Under the pieces are notes generated by a model. The model was not told the DNA's origin. It saw nothing but the letters and a program-made list of their open reading frames with translations, and did no database searches. A stretch of 61,851 nt of DNA, filler included. It is 4 parts of 4 records of this genome, joined end to end, with 100 filler letters (N's around TTAATTAATTAA, not from the genome) between each part and the next. Parts side by side here need not be neighbours in the genome. Positions count along the whole stretch, not along the records: positions 1 to 19,348 come from SRR22947725_841; 3 more parts are not named here. The stretch is one strand, 5' to 3'. The first letter of the stretch is position 1. Each line of letters starts with the position of its first letter. Position numbers and translations under genes: made by a program. This document shows positions 9,633 to 19,448 of the stretch, one piece after another.

Positions 9633-11272
9633 AAAGATTCCTTAGAAAAATTAAATATGAACTGTTTTGTTTACTTCAAAAACCAAAACAAATTCCTAGC
9701 TCGTTTGATAACGGAATATGGAAAAATAATAATTCAGTCTTTAATTTATTCGCTGACACTGGTGTAAATCTGGTTTTGGGTCTAAATCTTAATGATATGA
9801 AGATATTTGGAAGAAATTATCAAAGTTGGACCGTTGATAATGATTTTTTTAAAAATTATAAATTTAATAATAAAAAACTTAAGCCAGCGTATTTTAATGT
9901 TGCTGATGTAAAGGTTCCTTACGAAGCTTCAAGATTACAACATTTACAAAAACAAAATATGTCAGTTTTATGTAATCAGCCAAATAAAGTTGATGGACTT
10001 CATCTAAATCTAGAGGTAGATAAGTTTCCGTTTATATACTGGAATAGTCCTATGGATGTCGCTATAAGGACAATAAATTTAATTATTCATAGACAATTTG
10101 TTTCAAATAAAATGAATAGATCAGTAATTTTTAACAACAATGAAGATCAATTAGATACATATATTTCCCAACACTATCAATATGTTAAAGATAACCTTGA
10201 AAATTCTGGAAATGTTGTTGGAAATCATTACCTAGTTGAACTTTCAAGTATGTTGTTCTACCTAGCTAACTATGAAAACGATAATTATATGAGTGATTTA
10301 GCTTTCGTTATAAGTGAAATTACAAATGAATTAACTAGACAATTCAATGATGAAGGAACGAATTTTGAAGGATCCTCACATTACGCTGCTTTTGTTACTG
10401 AAGCTTTAATATTATGTAAATTATCTTTAAAGGACATTGACGGACATTCAAGTTTGGCAGATTTAGTAGATAATCTGATTATCAAAAATAAAAATTTTCT
10501 ATCATTACTCATCAATAAAAATGAATTATCTCAAATTGGTGATAATGATTCTGGAAGAATATTTTATTTTGCATTTAACGAAGATAAACCTCTCGATATG
10601 TCTTGGCTTATTAACTTAGTAGACAGCTTTAAAATAGATAATGATACTTCTGATGAAACCCGAGTAAACAAAATAGAAATTAAAAAAGATATACCCGATT
10701 TTACAAAATTAATAAATGTTAAGCATCCAGATATACAAGTTTTTTCCAAAGAGTATGAAGCATATGCATATGCTCAGTTTGGTATATACATATGGAGGAA
10801 TGAAAAAGAATACTTCAGTATAAGGTGTGGCCCAATAGGTCAGAATGGAGTTGGAGGACACTCCCATTATGACCAGCTTTCGATTGAATGTTTTACCAAC
10901 AACCAGTGGATAGCCAGGGATCCAGGCACAGGAACTTATACAGATGATATCCAAAAAAGGAATAATTTTAGATCATTGCAATACCATTGGGGTCCCAATA
11001 TTGATTTGAAGTTTAGAAAAGAAGATGAATTTGATTGTTTCAAATTAAATAATATTAGTAATGGAGAAGCCTTACTATTTGATAACAAAAATTTTATTGG
11101 AGTTGCAGATTTTAATGGGAAAAAAATATATAGAAAACTTACAATAAACAATGGAATAATTACAGTAGAAGATTTTTCGGTATTGAAAAATTTAGAGAGA
11201 TACAAAACCTGGGGAGAGATGAGAAAAGGCATAAAAGAAGAATTTTCGGAAGGGTATAAAAGATTTAGTTGA
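9629..11272 (+). CDS. Heparinase II/III-like protein
   Basis: DVKVPYEASRLQH, GNHY, EGSSHY, IGDNDSG, GGHSHYDQLS, DPGTGTYT motifs. Confidence 0.8.
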   Translation: MKRFLRKIKYELFCLLQKPKQIPSSFDNGIWKNNNSVFNLFADTGVNLVLGLNLNDMKIFGRNYQSWTVDNDFFKNYKFNNKKLKPAYFNVADVKVPYEASRLQHLQKQNMSVLCNQPNKVDGLHLNLEVDKFPFIYWNSPMDVAIRTINLIIHRQFVSNKMNRSVIFNNNEDQLDTYISQHYQYVKDNLENSGNVVGNHYLVELSSMLFYLANYENDNYMSDLAFVISEITNELTRQFNDEGTNFEGSSHYAAFVTEALILCKLSLKDIDGHSSLADLVDNLIIKNKNFLSLLINKNELSQIGDNDSGRIFYFAFNEDKPLDMSWLINLVDSFKIDNDTSDETRVNKIEIKKDIPDFTKLINVKHPDIQVFSKEYEAYAYAQFGIYIWRNEKEYFSIRCGPIGQNGVGGHSHYDQLSIECFTNNQWIARDPGTGTYTDDIQKRNNFRSLQYHWGPNIDLKFRKEDEFDCFKLNNISNGEALLFDNKNFIGVADFNGKKIYRKLTINNGIITVEDFSVLKNLERYKTWGEMRKGIKEEFSEGYKRFS

Positions 11273-12654
11273 AAGTCAAAGAGCAGAATATATTTTTAGG
11301 GCTGTTTCTTACAAGCTTATTGTTAGAAGGGTTAGATGCTTTTTCAATATTCGAAATTCCTTTATCTTGGGTTGGGTTAGTAATTTTATTAACAGCGATT
11401 CCACTTTATTACTATTTTGAAGTGGATTTTATCTCAAAAAATATTATTTCTATTAAATTTTGGGTTCTCTATATGTGTTCAGTAGCCATATTGAGGGGTG
11501 TTTCATTTGATTTAGAAATTCCTCAATATGCTACAACGAGCTATGTTCAATATGTTTCATTAAGACTTTTGAAAATATTAAGTTTTTTTGTTGCGATTTG
11601 GTTAGTTCACTTACTGTCGATTAAGTTAACCAGAAGAAAATTAATTGAATATGTTGCCTATGTAGGATTATTTATATCACTGCTTTCCTTGTATTCTTAT
11701 TTTTCTTATTTTTTAGAAATTCCTGATTTTATACGTTCACGGGCTGGCTCAGGAGGTTGGACTCAGCCAATTGAGAGAGCATGCTCAATCTTAAGAAATT
11801 ATGGAACTTTTAGAGAACCCAGCTTTTTAGCTGTTTGGACAGTTCCTTTCATACCCCTAAATTTTTATCTCGCCAGAGAAGCATTTAAATGGTACTACTT
11901 ATCGATATTTCCAATTCTTTCCTTAGTTTTGACGAGAAGTTTAACTGGCGTTATTGCTTTATTAGCAGCTTTTACTTTGATTTCGTTTATACATTTATTA
12001 AAAAATAAAAAAATTGATTTATTTTTGATTATTCCTATTTTAGCAATATTGTTAGCATCTTTGCTTTCAAATAGTCTTAGCTATAAATTTCCGGCTTTGG
12101 ATCCTTCCATGTGCCCTCCTAATTCAGCTGACAAATGTAATTGCAGTATTTATGATGACGAGCTAGATAAAGTAAAAAATTCAGAGAGTGTAGCAGAGAG
12201 TATTTTTTCTAGAGCAACCCTTATTATTGGCGGCGGTTTAGACGGTTTTGGTAATTTTTCATTTTTGACACAACACTTATCAAAACAAGATATTAAGTAT
12301 TTTGGAGATGGACTTGGTAGCGCCAATATTATTTACTCGTATGAATTTGAGGAACTTTCTTCAAAGGTTGTCAAAGATCAAAAAGTTTTTAGAAATCCTG
12401 GTCAAATTGTATCCTTTAACAATTTGTACGCCTATATTTATTTTTCTGGGGGTTTTGTAGGGTTAATTTGGTTTTTATACATAATTTTTAATCAAATTAA
12501 AAAGTTTGTTAGTAGTTACGAAATAATTCATTCTTACTTAGGTGCTCAGTTCTTTTCAATTTTACTTATGTTTTTCTTTCAAGCTGAAGAACCAAGTGTG
12601 ATTTTAGGACTAGCTATAGGCTTAATCTCATTAGAAAGGAAAAAAGATGAGTAA
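11269..12654 (+). CDS. Wzy-like polymerase/ligase family membrane protein with Cys-containing loop
   Basis: Multiple TM segments, RNYGTFREPS, LTRSLTG, late loop ending SFNNLY; TTG start overlaps the upstream stop. Confidence 0.65.
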   Translation: MKVKEQNIFLGLFLTSLLLEGLDAFSIFEIPLSWVGLVILLTAIPLYYYFEVDFISKNIISIKFWVLYMCSVAILRGVSFDLEIPQYATTSYVQYVSLRLLKILSFFVAIWLVHLLSIKLTRRKLIEYVAYVGLFISLLSLYSYFSYFLEIPDFIRSRAGSGGWTQPIERACSILRNYGTFREPSFLAVWTVPFIPLNFYLAREAFKWYYLSIFPILSLVLTRSLTGVIALLAAFTLISFIHLLKNKKIDLFLIIPILAILLASLLSNSLSYKFPALDPSMCPPNSADKCNCSIYDDELDKVKNSESVAESIFSRATLIIGGGLDGFGNFSFLTQHLSKQDIKYFGDGLGSANIIYSYEFEELSSKVVKDQKVFRNPGQIVSFNNLYAYIYFSGGFVGLIWFLYIIFNQIKKFVSSYEIIHSYLGAQFFSILLMFFFQAEEPSVILGLAIGLISLERKKDE

Positions 12655-13870
12655 TGTATTAATTGTTACTCATCAGTTTATACCACACGTTAGTCCTAGA
12701 ACTACTCGTTGGAAGCTTATTGTTGATGAGTTGATTTCGAGGGGTCATAATGTAACCATTATCACGGGCACAAAGCAAGCCTTGCAAACTGAAAATTACA
12801 AAACAATCTTTGTCGGTAATTCGAGAGCAAGTAAAGTTGTCAACGATTTACGAACGCAATCAAATAACATTGACCCAAATAATAAATTTAAGGATAAATT
12901 GTTAAAGTTTTTAAAAGTTGTTTATAGGTTTGTTGTTAGGAATTTAGCCTGGCCAGATTACTCAATGTTATGGCTAATTTCAGTTTTCAAAGAAAAAAAT
13001 AAATATAAAGTTGATTATGATTTAATCATCTCAGTAAGTTTGCCATTTTCTTCCCATATTGCCGCATACCTAATAAATAAAAAAATAAATAAACCATGGA
13101 TTATGGACATAGGAGATCCATTTTCATTGAAAGTATCAGCACTGGAAAACAATGGATTACTTTATAGTGGACTCAACAGGTATACGGAAAAAAAATTTTA
13201 CAAATTAGCTAATCAAATTTTATTTACACATGAAGATGTAAAAAAGGCACATGAGGAAGAATTTGAAATAGATTCTCAAAAAACAATAATTGGACAGCCA
13301 ATTAGTAAGTTTGACCCTACTTTATACAAGCAGACTCAAGAATATGATTACTCAAAAAAAATAATTAAGTTTGGATATTTCGGCATTTTTACGAAAGGAG
13401 TAAGGACACCCAACAATTTCTATAAATTTTTAGACTCATTTAATAATTATGAAATGCATTGGTATGTTAATCAAGACTCAGAAGAGATACTTAAAAAAGA
13501 AAATTTTAATACAACGAAAAACTTTTTTTTCTCTCAAGTTTCCAGAGATGAGGCCCTACATTTAATGGTAAGTTCATTTCACTGCCTTGTTTCTGTAGGT
13601 AACTTGAACCCAAATCAAATTCCAAGCAAAGTGATTGAATATGTAGCAACAGGAAAACCAGTAGTACATTTTGCTGAAATCGATACAGATCCCGTTATTG
13701 AAATTTCAAAAGAGTTCAATAACCTTTTCGTAGTGAATAAAAATACAAATATTGAATTATTTAAAAATAATTTATTAAATTACTTTGAAAATATTAATAA
13801 TTTTGACTTTGACAACTTTAATGATTTATATTCAGCTACTTCATTAGTTAAAAAATTATATAACCTCTAA
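12647..13870 (+). CDS. Glycosyltransferase family 4-like protein
   Basis: GHNVTIIT, WPD, PWIMDIGDP, IPSKVIEYVATGKPV. Confidence 0.8.
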   Translation: MSNVLIVTHQFIPHVSPRTTRWKLIVDELISRGHNVTIITGTKQALQTENYKTIFVGNSRASKVVNDLRTQSNNIDPNNKFKDKLLKFLKVVYRFVVRNLAWPDYSMLWLISVFKEKNKYKVDYDLIISVSLPFSSHIAAYLINKKINKPWIMDIGDPFSLKVSALENNGLLYSGLNRYTEKKFYKLANQILFTHEDVKKAHEEEFEIDSQKTIIGQPISKFDPTLYKQTQEYDYSKKIIKFGYFGIFTKGVRTPNNFYKFLDSFNNYEMHWYVNQDSEEILKKENFNTTKNFFFSQVSRDEALHLMVSSFHCLVSVGNLNPNQIPSKVIEYVATGKPVVHFAEIDTDPVIEISKEFNNLFVVNKNTNIELFKNNLLNYFENINNFDFDNFNDLYSATSLVKKLYNL

Positions 13871-14791
13871 TACAGAATTCCAATTTTCAGTGTAGGACAA
13901 GCTTTCATACTTTCTTTGTTTCGCTTCATGAACTTTTTTTATATGATTAACTGCAGATGAAACATCATTTTCTGAATATTTTGCCGAATTAGATTTGTCA
14001 AAATATTTCATATAATCTCTATTAGGACCAACAACAAATAACCCATTCGAACTTGCTTCATACAAAGGTAGTCCAACGGTTTCATATGTACTTGCGTGAA
14101 AATATATGTTGTGTTCATTAAGGGATTCTAAAAATTTCCCTGAATTGTGTCCTTCCTTACCTTCTTCAGAGCTATATTTGGTAATTTTCAGATTCGGAAT
14201 ATCATAAGAAATTTCATTTAGTACTTCTTCAATAAAAGTTGAATTTTTGTTCTCGATTTTACTTAGAATACTAATTATTCCAACTTGAGTATTAGTATCT
14301 TTTAAAGATTTTTTTATTTCTCCAATTTCTATAAGTTTATTATGGAAACGACCGTTAATTAATTTTGCAACATGATTGAGTTGGTAAATTATAAAATCAC
14401 TTTGCCTAAAAGATTTATTTACAAAGTACCTCAACACAATGTTCTTGAAATCCCTTTTTTCAAAAGGAAGTATGTTTTGAATCATTATGCAAGATTTATT
14501 TTTAGTCTTGAATCCGAAATTACCTAAATGTATAGTAGCTTCAGAGTTATTGATTAACTTCATTTTATTTCTTCCTAAAAAAATATTTAGAAACGGATGG
14601 AAGATTCTATTTAAATTAGTCTCTATGTCTATGAAATCACCAATTTCAGAGCTAATTCTCGATAAATTATTATTATGTAAAATAATTAGTTCAAGTTGCG
14701 ATTCATTAATAGCTTTGATTGCATTTCTAACGACTTTTAAACCCCCGAGAGATTTTACACCGCATATATTTAGAACAATACTTTTATTCAT
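13856..14791 (-). CDS. Divergent glycosyltransferase family 4-like protein
   Basis: N-terminal SLGG, IQNILPF, STYETVGLPLYEA (E-x7-E motif). ATG at 14791; TTG at 14794 is an alternative. Confidence 0.7.
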   Translation of the reverse strand: MNKSIVLNICGVKSLGGLKVVRNAIKAINESQLELIILHNNNLSRISSEIGDFIDIETNLNRIFHPFLNIFLGRNKMKLINNSEATIHLGNFGFKTKNKSCIMIQNILPFEKRDFKNIVLRYFVNKSFRQSDFIIYQLNHVAKLINGRFHNKLIEIGEIKKSLKDTNTQVGIISILSKIENKNSTFIEEVLNEISYDIPNLKITKYSSEEGKEGHNSGKFLESLNEHNIYFHASTYETVGLPLYEASSNGLFVVGPNRDYMKYFDKSNSAKYSENDVSSAVNHIKKVHEAKQRKYESLSYTENWNSVLEVI

Positions 14792-14798
14792 CAATTCA

Positions 14799-14838
14799 AT
14801 AATAGTTGCTTATTAACAGCTAAATGTGTGACTAAAAT
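14799..14838. promoter_or_regulatory. Back-to-back -10 boxes: TATTAT (minus, 14804-14799, 7 nt from ATG 14791) and TAAAAT (plus, 14833-14838, 6 nt from GTG 14845)
   Basis: Read directly in the 53-bp divergent gap; no SD on either side. Confidence 0.45.
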
Positions 14839-14844
14839 CATAAT

Positions 14845-15924
14845 GTGGTAAAAAATAGTTTTGACGTAGCTCTAGTCGTAGGTACAAGACCAAACTTTAT
14901 TAAAGCTGCGCCATTAGTAAAATATTTCGAAAATAAAAACTTAGATGTTTTATTCATTCACACAGGTCAGCACTGGGATAAAAATATGTCAGGAAATATA
15001 TTTAAAGATCTTCAACTTAGGGAACCTGATATAAACCTAGAAACACCATTAGATGGAATGAATCATCAATTAAGTTATATGATTAAAAGTATTGACAATA
15101 CTTTAAGTAAAAATATAGTTCCTAAAGTTGGAGTTTTTGGTGATGTTACATCAACTCTTGCTGCAGCTTTAGTAGCAAAAAATAGAGAAATAGAACTTTT
15201 TCATGTCGAATCAGGTTTAAGATCTAGAAATATGATGATGCCAGAAGAAAGAAACAGGCTTGCAGTGGATGCTATAAGTGATTATTTGTTTACACCTTCA
15301 GATGATGCCGTCAAGAATCTAGTTGAAGAAAATATCAGCAAGGAAAAGATTTACAATGTTGGCAATATCATGATTGACACATTAAAAGCTAACTTAGAAA
15401 ATATTCTAAGTTCCAAGACTCATGTAATGGATGAACTACAAATAGAGCAACCCTATTTTGTAATGACTTTACATAGACCTGGAAATTTGACCAATGAAGT
15501 ACTTAATGGTATTTTCAAAGCCCTGGATGCTTTTAAAAAAGACTTTAAAATATTAATTCCTGCTCATCCAAGGCTATCTCAATACATAGAGAGTAATAAT
15601 TTACATTATGACAACTTTTTATTCATAGAGCCTCTTCCATATATTAAATTTTTAGCTTTAGTCTCTGGAGCTGACTTAGTCCTAACTGATTCCGGTGGCT
15701 TACAAGAAGAAACTACTTTTTTGAATATAAAGTGTCTTACATTAAGAGAAGAGACTGAACGTCCGATTACTGTATCAAGCGGGACTAATAAAGTCATTGG
15801 AGTAAATACCGAAGTAATAATTAATGAAATAAATAAATCATTAGGGAGTAAACTACCTACTGAAATTAAAATTAAAAACTGGGATGGTAAAACTTCCCAA
15901 AGAATTTATGAAGCTTTGTATTAG
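14845..15924 (+). CDS. wecB: UDP-N-acetylglucosamine 2-epimerase (non-hydrolysing)
   Basis: GTRPNFIK, HTGQH, GDVTST, HVESGLRS, MPEE.NR, TDSGGLQEE, TERP. Confidence 0.92.
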   Translation: MVKNSFDVALVVGTRPNFIKAAPLVKYFENKNLDVLFIHTGQHWDKNMSGNIFKDLQLREPDINLETPLDGMNHQLSYMIKSIDNTLSKNIVPKVGVFGDVTSTLAAALVAKNREIELFHVESGLRSRNMMMPEERNRLAVDAISDYLFTPSDDAVKNLVEENISKEKIYNVGNIMIDTLKANLENILSSKTHVMDELQIEQPYFVMTLHRPGNLTNEVLNGIFKALDAFKKDFKILIPAHPRLSQYIESNNLHYDNFLFIEPLPYIKFLALVSGADLVLTDSGGLQEETTFLNIKCLTLREETERPITVSSGTNKVIGVNTEVIINEINKSLGSKLPTEIKIKNWDGKTSQRIYEALY

Positions 15925-15930
15925 AGGAAA

Positions 15931-17193
15931 ATGAGTAAATTTAAATATGATGTTGGTGTAATTGGCCTTGGTTATGTTGGATTACCCCTCGCCATACAAG
16001 CTACAAGCTCCAAGCTTAAGGTTTATGGATATGATATCAATGAGAAAAGAGTTTCTGATTACAACGATGGACAGTCATCTATAGAAGACATTTCAAATCA
16101 AGAGTTGCAAAAGTCACTTAAAGATGGATTATTTCTATCAGCTGACTCAAAGTACTTGTCAGATTCTGAAGTAATTGTTATTAGCGTTCCAACTCCATTA
16201 ACTGATTACCAACCAGACCTTAGCTTTGTCAGGAGCGCAGCAGAAACTATTGCTCAACATATAGTAAAAGAACAAATCATTATCCTTGAATCTACTACGT
16301 ATCCAGGTACAACTGTTGAAGTTTTAGTACCGATAATTGAAGACATTTCAGGTCTGAAGGCGGGAGTTGACTTCTATGCAGGGTATTCACCCGAAAGAAT
16401 TGATCCAGGTAATGAAAAATGGAATTTTAAAAATACTCCAAAAATAATTAGCGGGATAAATGAAAAGTCTCTTCAGAAGATAAAAGCTTTCTATGAGAAA
16501 ATTATAGACTCGGTTGTTTCAGTTGGAGGTACTAAAGAGGCGGAAATGGTGAAACTACTTGAGAATACTTATAGACACGTAAATATAGCCCTTATTAATG
16601 AGCTTGCAATCTTATGCAATATGTTAGAAATAGATATCTGGGAAGTTGTAGATGCCGCAAAAACAAAACCTTTTGGCTTTGAATCATTTAGGCCGGGTCC
16701 AGGTGTTGGAGGGCACTGTATTCCAGTTGATCCAAATTATTTATCATTCAAAACAAGACAAATTGGCAAGCCGGTGAGGTTTGTTGAACTTGCACAAGAA
16801 ATAAACAATTCTATGCCAAATTATGTAGTCACAAGGCTTTTAGAAAAAATGAATTTATTGGAAAAGCCATTCAAGAATTCAAATATATTAATTCTTGGGG
16901 TTGCTTATAAAAAAGATATTGGAGATGTTAGAGAATCTCCCGCTCTAGGTATAATTGAAAACCTTCTTGATAGGGGAGTCAATGTAAAGTACTTTGACCC
17001 CTATGTAGGTGAAATTGATGTCAAAAATCAAAAAATCAACAAAGAGGAAAGCCTAGATAATATTAAGAATTATGATTTAATTTTAGTTCACACCGCACAT
17101 ACTGAATTTGAAAAATTCGATTTTAACAACATTACAGTTCCAATTTTTGATGCAACTGGTAGCAGTCATTACCAGAATGCAGAAAGGATATAG
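15931..17193 (+). CDS. UDP-N-acetylhexosamine 6-dehydrogenase (WecC/WbpA family)
   Basis: GLGYVGLP, VPTP, ESTTYPGT, SPERIDPGN, KLLENTYR, GPGVGGHCIPVDP, DVRESP. Confidence 0.92.
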   Translation: MSKFKYDVGVIGLGYVGLPLAIQATSSKLKVYGYDINEKRVSDYNDGQSSIEDISNQELQKSLKDGLFLSADSKYLSDSEVIVISVPTPLTDYQPDLSFVRSAAETIAQHIVKEQIIILESTTYPGTTVEVLVPIIEDISGLKAGVDFYAGYSPERIDPGNEKWNFKNTPKIISGINEKSLQKIKAFYEKIIDSVVSVGGTKEAEMVKLLENTYRHVNIALINELAILCNMLEIDIWEVVDAAKTKPFGFESFRPGPGVGGHCIPVDPNYLSFKTRQIGKPVRFVELAQEINNSMPNYVVTRLLEKMNLLEKPFKNSNILILGVAYKKDIGDVRESPALGIIENLLDRGVNVKYFDPYVGEIDVKNQKINKEESLDNIKNYDLILVHTAHTEFEKFDFNNITVPIFDATGSSHYQNAERI

Positions 17194-17195
17194 CT

Positions 17196-19348
17196 ATTTC
17201 CGGCGAATTTTCTACACTGTCTAAAACTATCAATATATTAGCAAGTGAGCTGGGACAGGTTATAAAAAAACAAGCTGGAGAAAAATATTACAATATTGTT
17301 GAAGACATTAGATTAAACTCGAAAAAATATAGGTCATCAAATAATCCAAAGTACCTTGATATTGCTTTTGAAGAACTAAAAAAATTAAATTCTAAGGAGA
17401 TTTTAATTGTTGCAAAAGCGTTTACACTATATTTCTATTTAGCAAATATATCTGAACAAGTATTTAGAGAATCTTTCGCTGTCTCTGAAAAGCGGAATTT
17501 AATTAACGAGAGAAAGAAATATAAATTTTCACCAGTATTTACTGCTCACCCAACAGAAAGCGCTAGGCAATCTACATTAAATAAAATTTATAGAATTGGA
17601 GAAATTATTTCTGAAAACAAATCAGGTTCTATAAATGATATAAATAATATAATCACAGAGCTTTGGTACACAAGAGAAGTCAGGTCAATTAAACCTAATC
17701 CACTTGATGAAGTTAAGTCTCTTCTTTACTACTTAGATATCATATATAATGATGTTTTCACAGATATTAAGGATGACGAAACTGTCAACCCAGATCAAAA
17801 TAATAATATTCTTAGTTTGGGTTCATGGGTAGGTGGTGATCGTGATGGAAATCCATATGTTACTAAAAAGATTACTCAACAATCGTTGGAAATTTATTCA
17901 AAACAAATAATAAATATCTATATGGATAAAATTAAGAAATTCTCTGAGGAGTTTAGTTTTTCAACAAGTTATATAAAAACCCCTAAGAAACTTAATCAAA
18001 GAATTGATGAGTACAGTAAAATTCTCAAAAAAGAATATAGCCACTATGCAAAAGTAAATTTTGATGAACCTTTCAGAATTTTTCTCTCACTTGTTTTCCA
18101 TAGATTAGAAAATTTTCAAGAAAAAAATTCTGGCTATCAAAGTTTTGATGAATTCTATAGTGATATGAAACTTTTAGATTTTTCATTACGGGAGTCACTT
18201 AACATTACTCGTCATGACAATAGTTTTTCAAAATTTCTTGAATATATTGATGTATTTGAATTTCATGGAGTGTCTTTAGATATTAGAGAGAATTCAAAAG
18301 TTATTAATAATCCTCAACTTTATCAAAAGCAAAATTTAGAATTCATAAAAGTTCTTGAATCCATTCCTGATTGGAAAAATTTATATGGCAGTAAAGTGAT
18401 TAATTCAATAATACTTTCGATGACCAAAAGTGATTCTGACATACTAAATTTATTCAAGTTAAGCAAACGTCATATTAAATCAAGCAAAGATATTCCAATG
18501 ATTGTTCCATTACTAGAGGAGATAGATGATTTACAAAATTCTGAAGTATTTTTAGAACAACTGTTATCCAATAATGGTTATAGAAAACATATAAATAAAT
18601 ATCACGATTCCACCCAAGAAATAATGCTGGGGTATTCAGATTCAAATAAGGACGGAGGAATTATCTCTTCGCAGTGGAATGTTTATAAAGCCCAAATTTC
18701 GCTATACAAAAAAGGTGAAGATCATAATTGTAACATTGTTTTCTTTCATGGCAGAGGGGGAACCATCAGTAGGGGTGGTGGTCCAACCTACAACTCGATA
18801 CTTTCTCAACCAGAGGGGACAATCTCAAATCAGATACGATACACAGAACAAGGAGAAGTAATTTCTGATAAATACTCTACTGCTAATCTGGCTAAAGAGA
18901 ACTTAAAATTAGGAATAGCAGCTTTTTTATCAGCAAGCTCTACAAGTCTTAAAGATAATAAAAAAGAGAATGCACTCATTGAAGAGTTATCTATTTCATC
19001 ACTTAAAAAATATCAAGATTTAATATCTGACAAGAATCTAATGACATATTTCGAAAAAGTTACACCAGTTAAATTACTATCTACCTTAAACATAGGCTCC
19101 AGACCCTCTAAAAGGTCCTCTGAGAGCACAATAGATAGCTACAGGGCAATTCCATGGGTTTTTGGATGGGCACAGACTAGACAGACCCTCACAGGTTGGT
19201 ATGGAGCTGGAACTGCAATTCTTGAAAGTATCGACAAAAATGGATTGAAGACAGTCCAAAGTGCTTATAGAAATTCTCCATTTTTGAAAAATTTAATCAG
19301 CAATATTGAAATGACAGTTGTGAAATCTGATTTAACTATATCAAGAAT
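17196..19348 (+). CDS. ppc: Phosphoenolpyruvate carboxylase, 3'-truncated by the contig end; probable non-canonical ATT start
   Basis: Frame is open from 17163. I translated 17163-17816 by hand: it contains VFTAHPTE (His codon at 17547) and LWYTRE...KP.PLDE, in frame with GSWVGGDRDGNP, GYSDSNKDG, FHGRGGTISRGG and RAIPWVFGW. The start position is inferred. Confidence 0.93.
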
Positions 19349-19448
19349 NNNNNNNNNNNNNNNNNNNNNNNNNNNNNNNNNNNNNNNNNNNNTTAATTAA
19401 TTAANNNNNNNNNNNNNNNNNNNNNNNNNNNNNNNNNNNNNNNNNNNN
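19349..19448. other. Artificial contig spacer (N44-TTAATTAATTAA-N44)
   Basis: Stop codons in all six frames; genes are truncated on both sides. Confidence 0.99.

Noticed and set aside
17194-17816. Apparent 620-bp intergenic gap that could hold an ncRNA or riboswitch
   Set aside because: It is the open 5' part of ppc, including the TAHPTE motif.
19349-19448. Repeated TTAATTAATTAA motif in N-runs (also 31735-31834 and 54770-54869)
   Set aside because: Identical artificial six-frame-stop spacers, not biological repeats.
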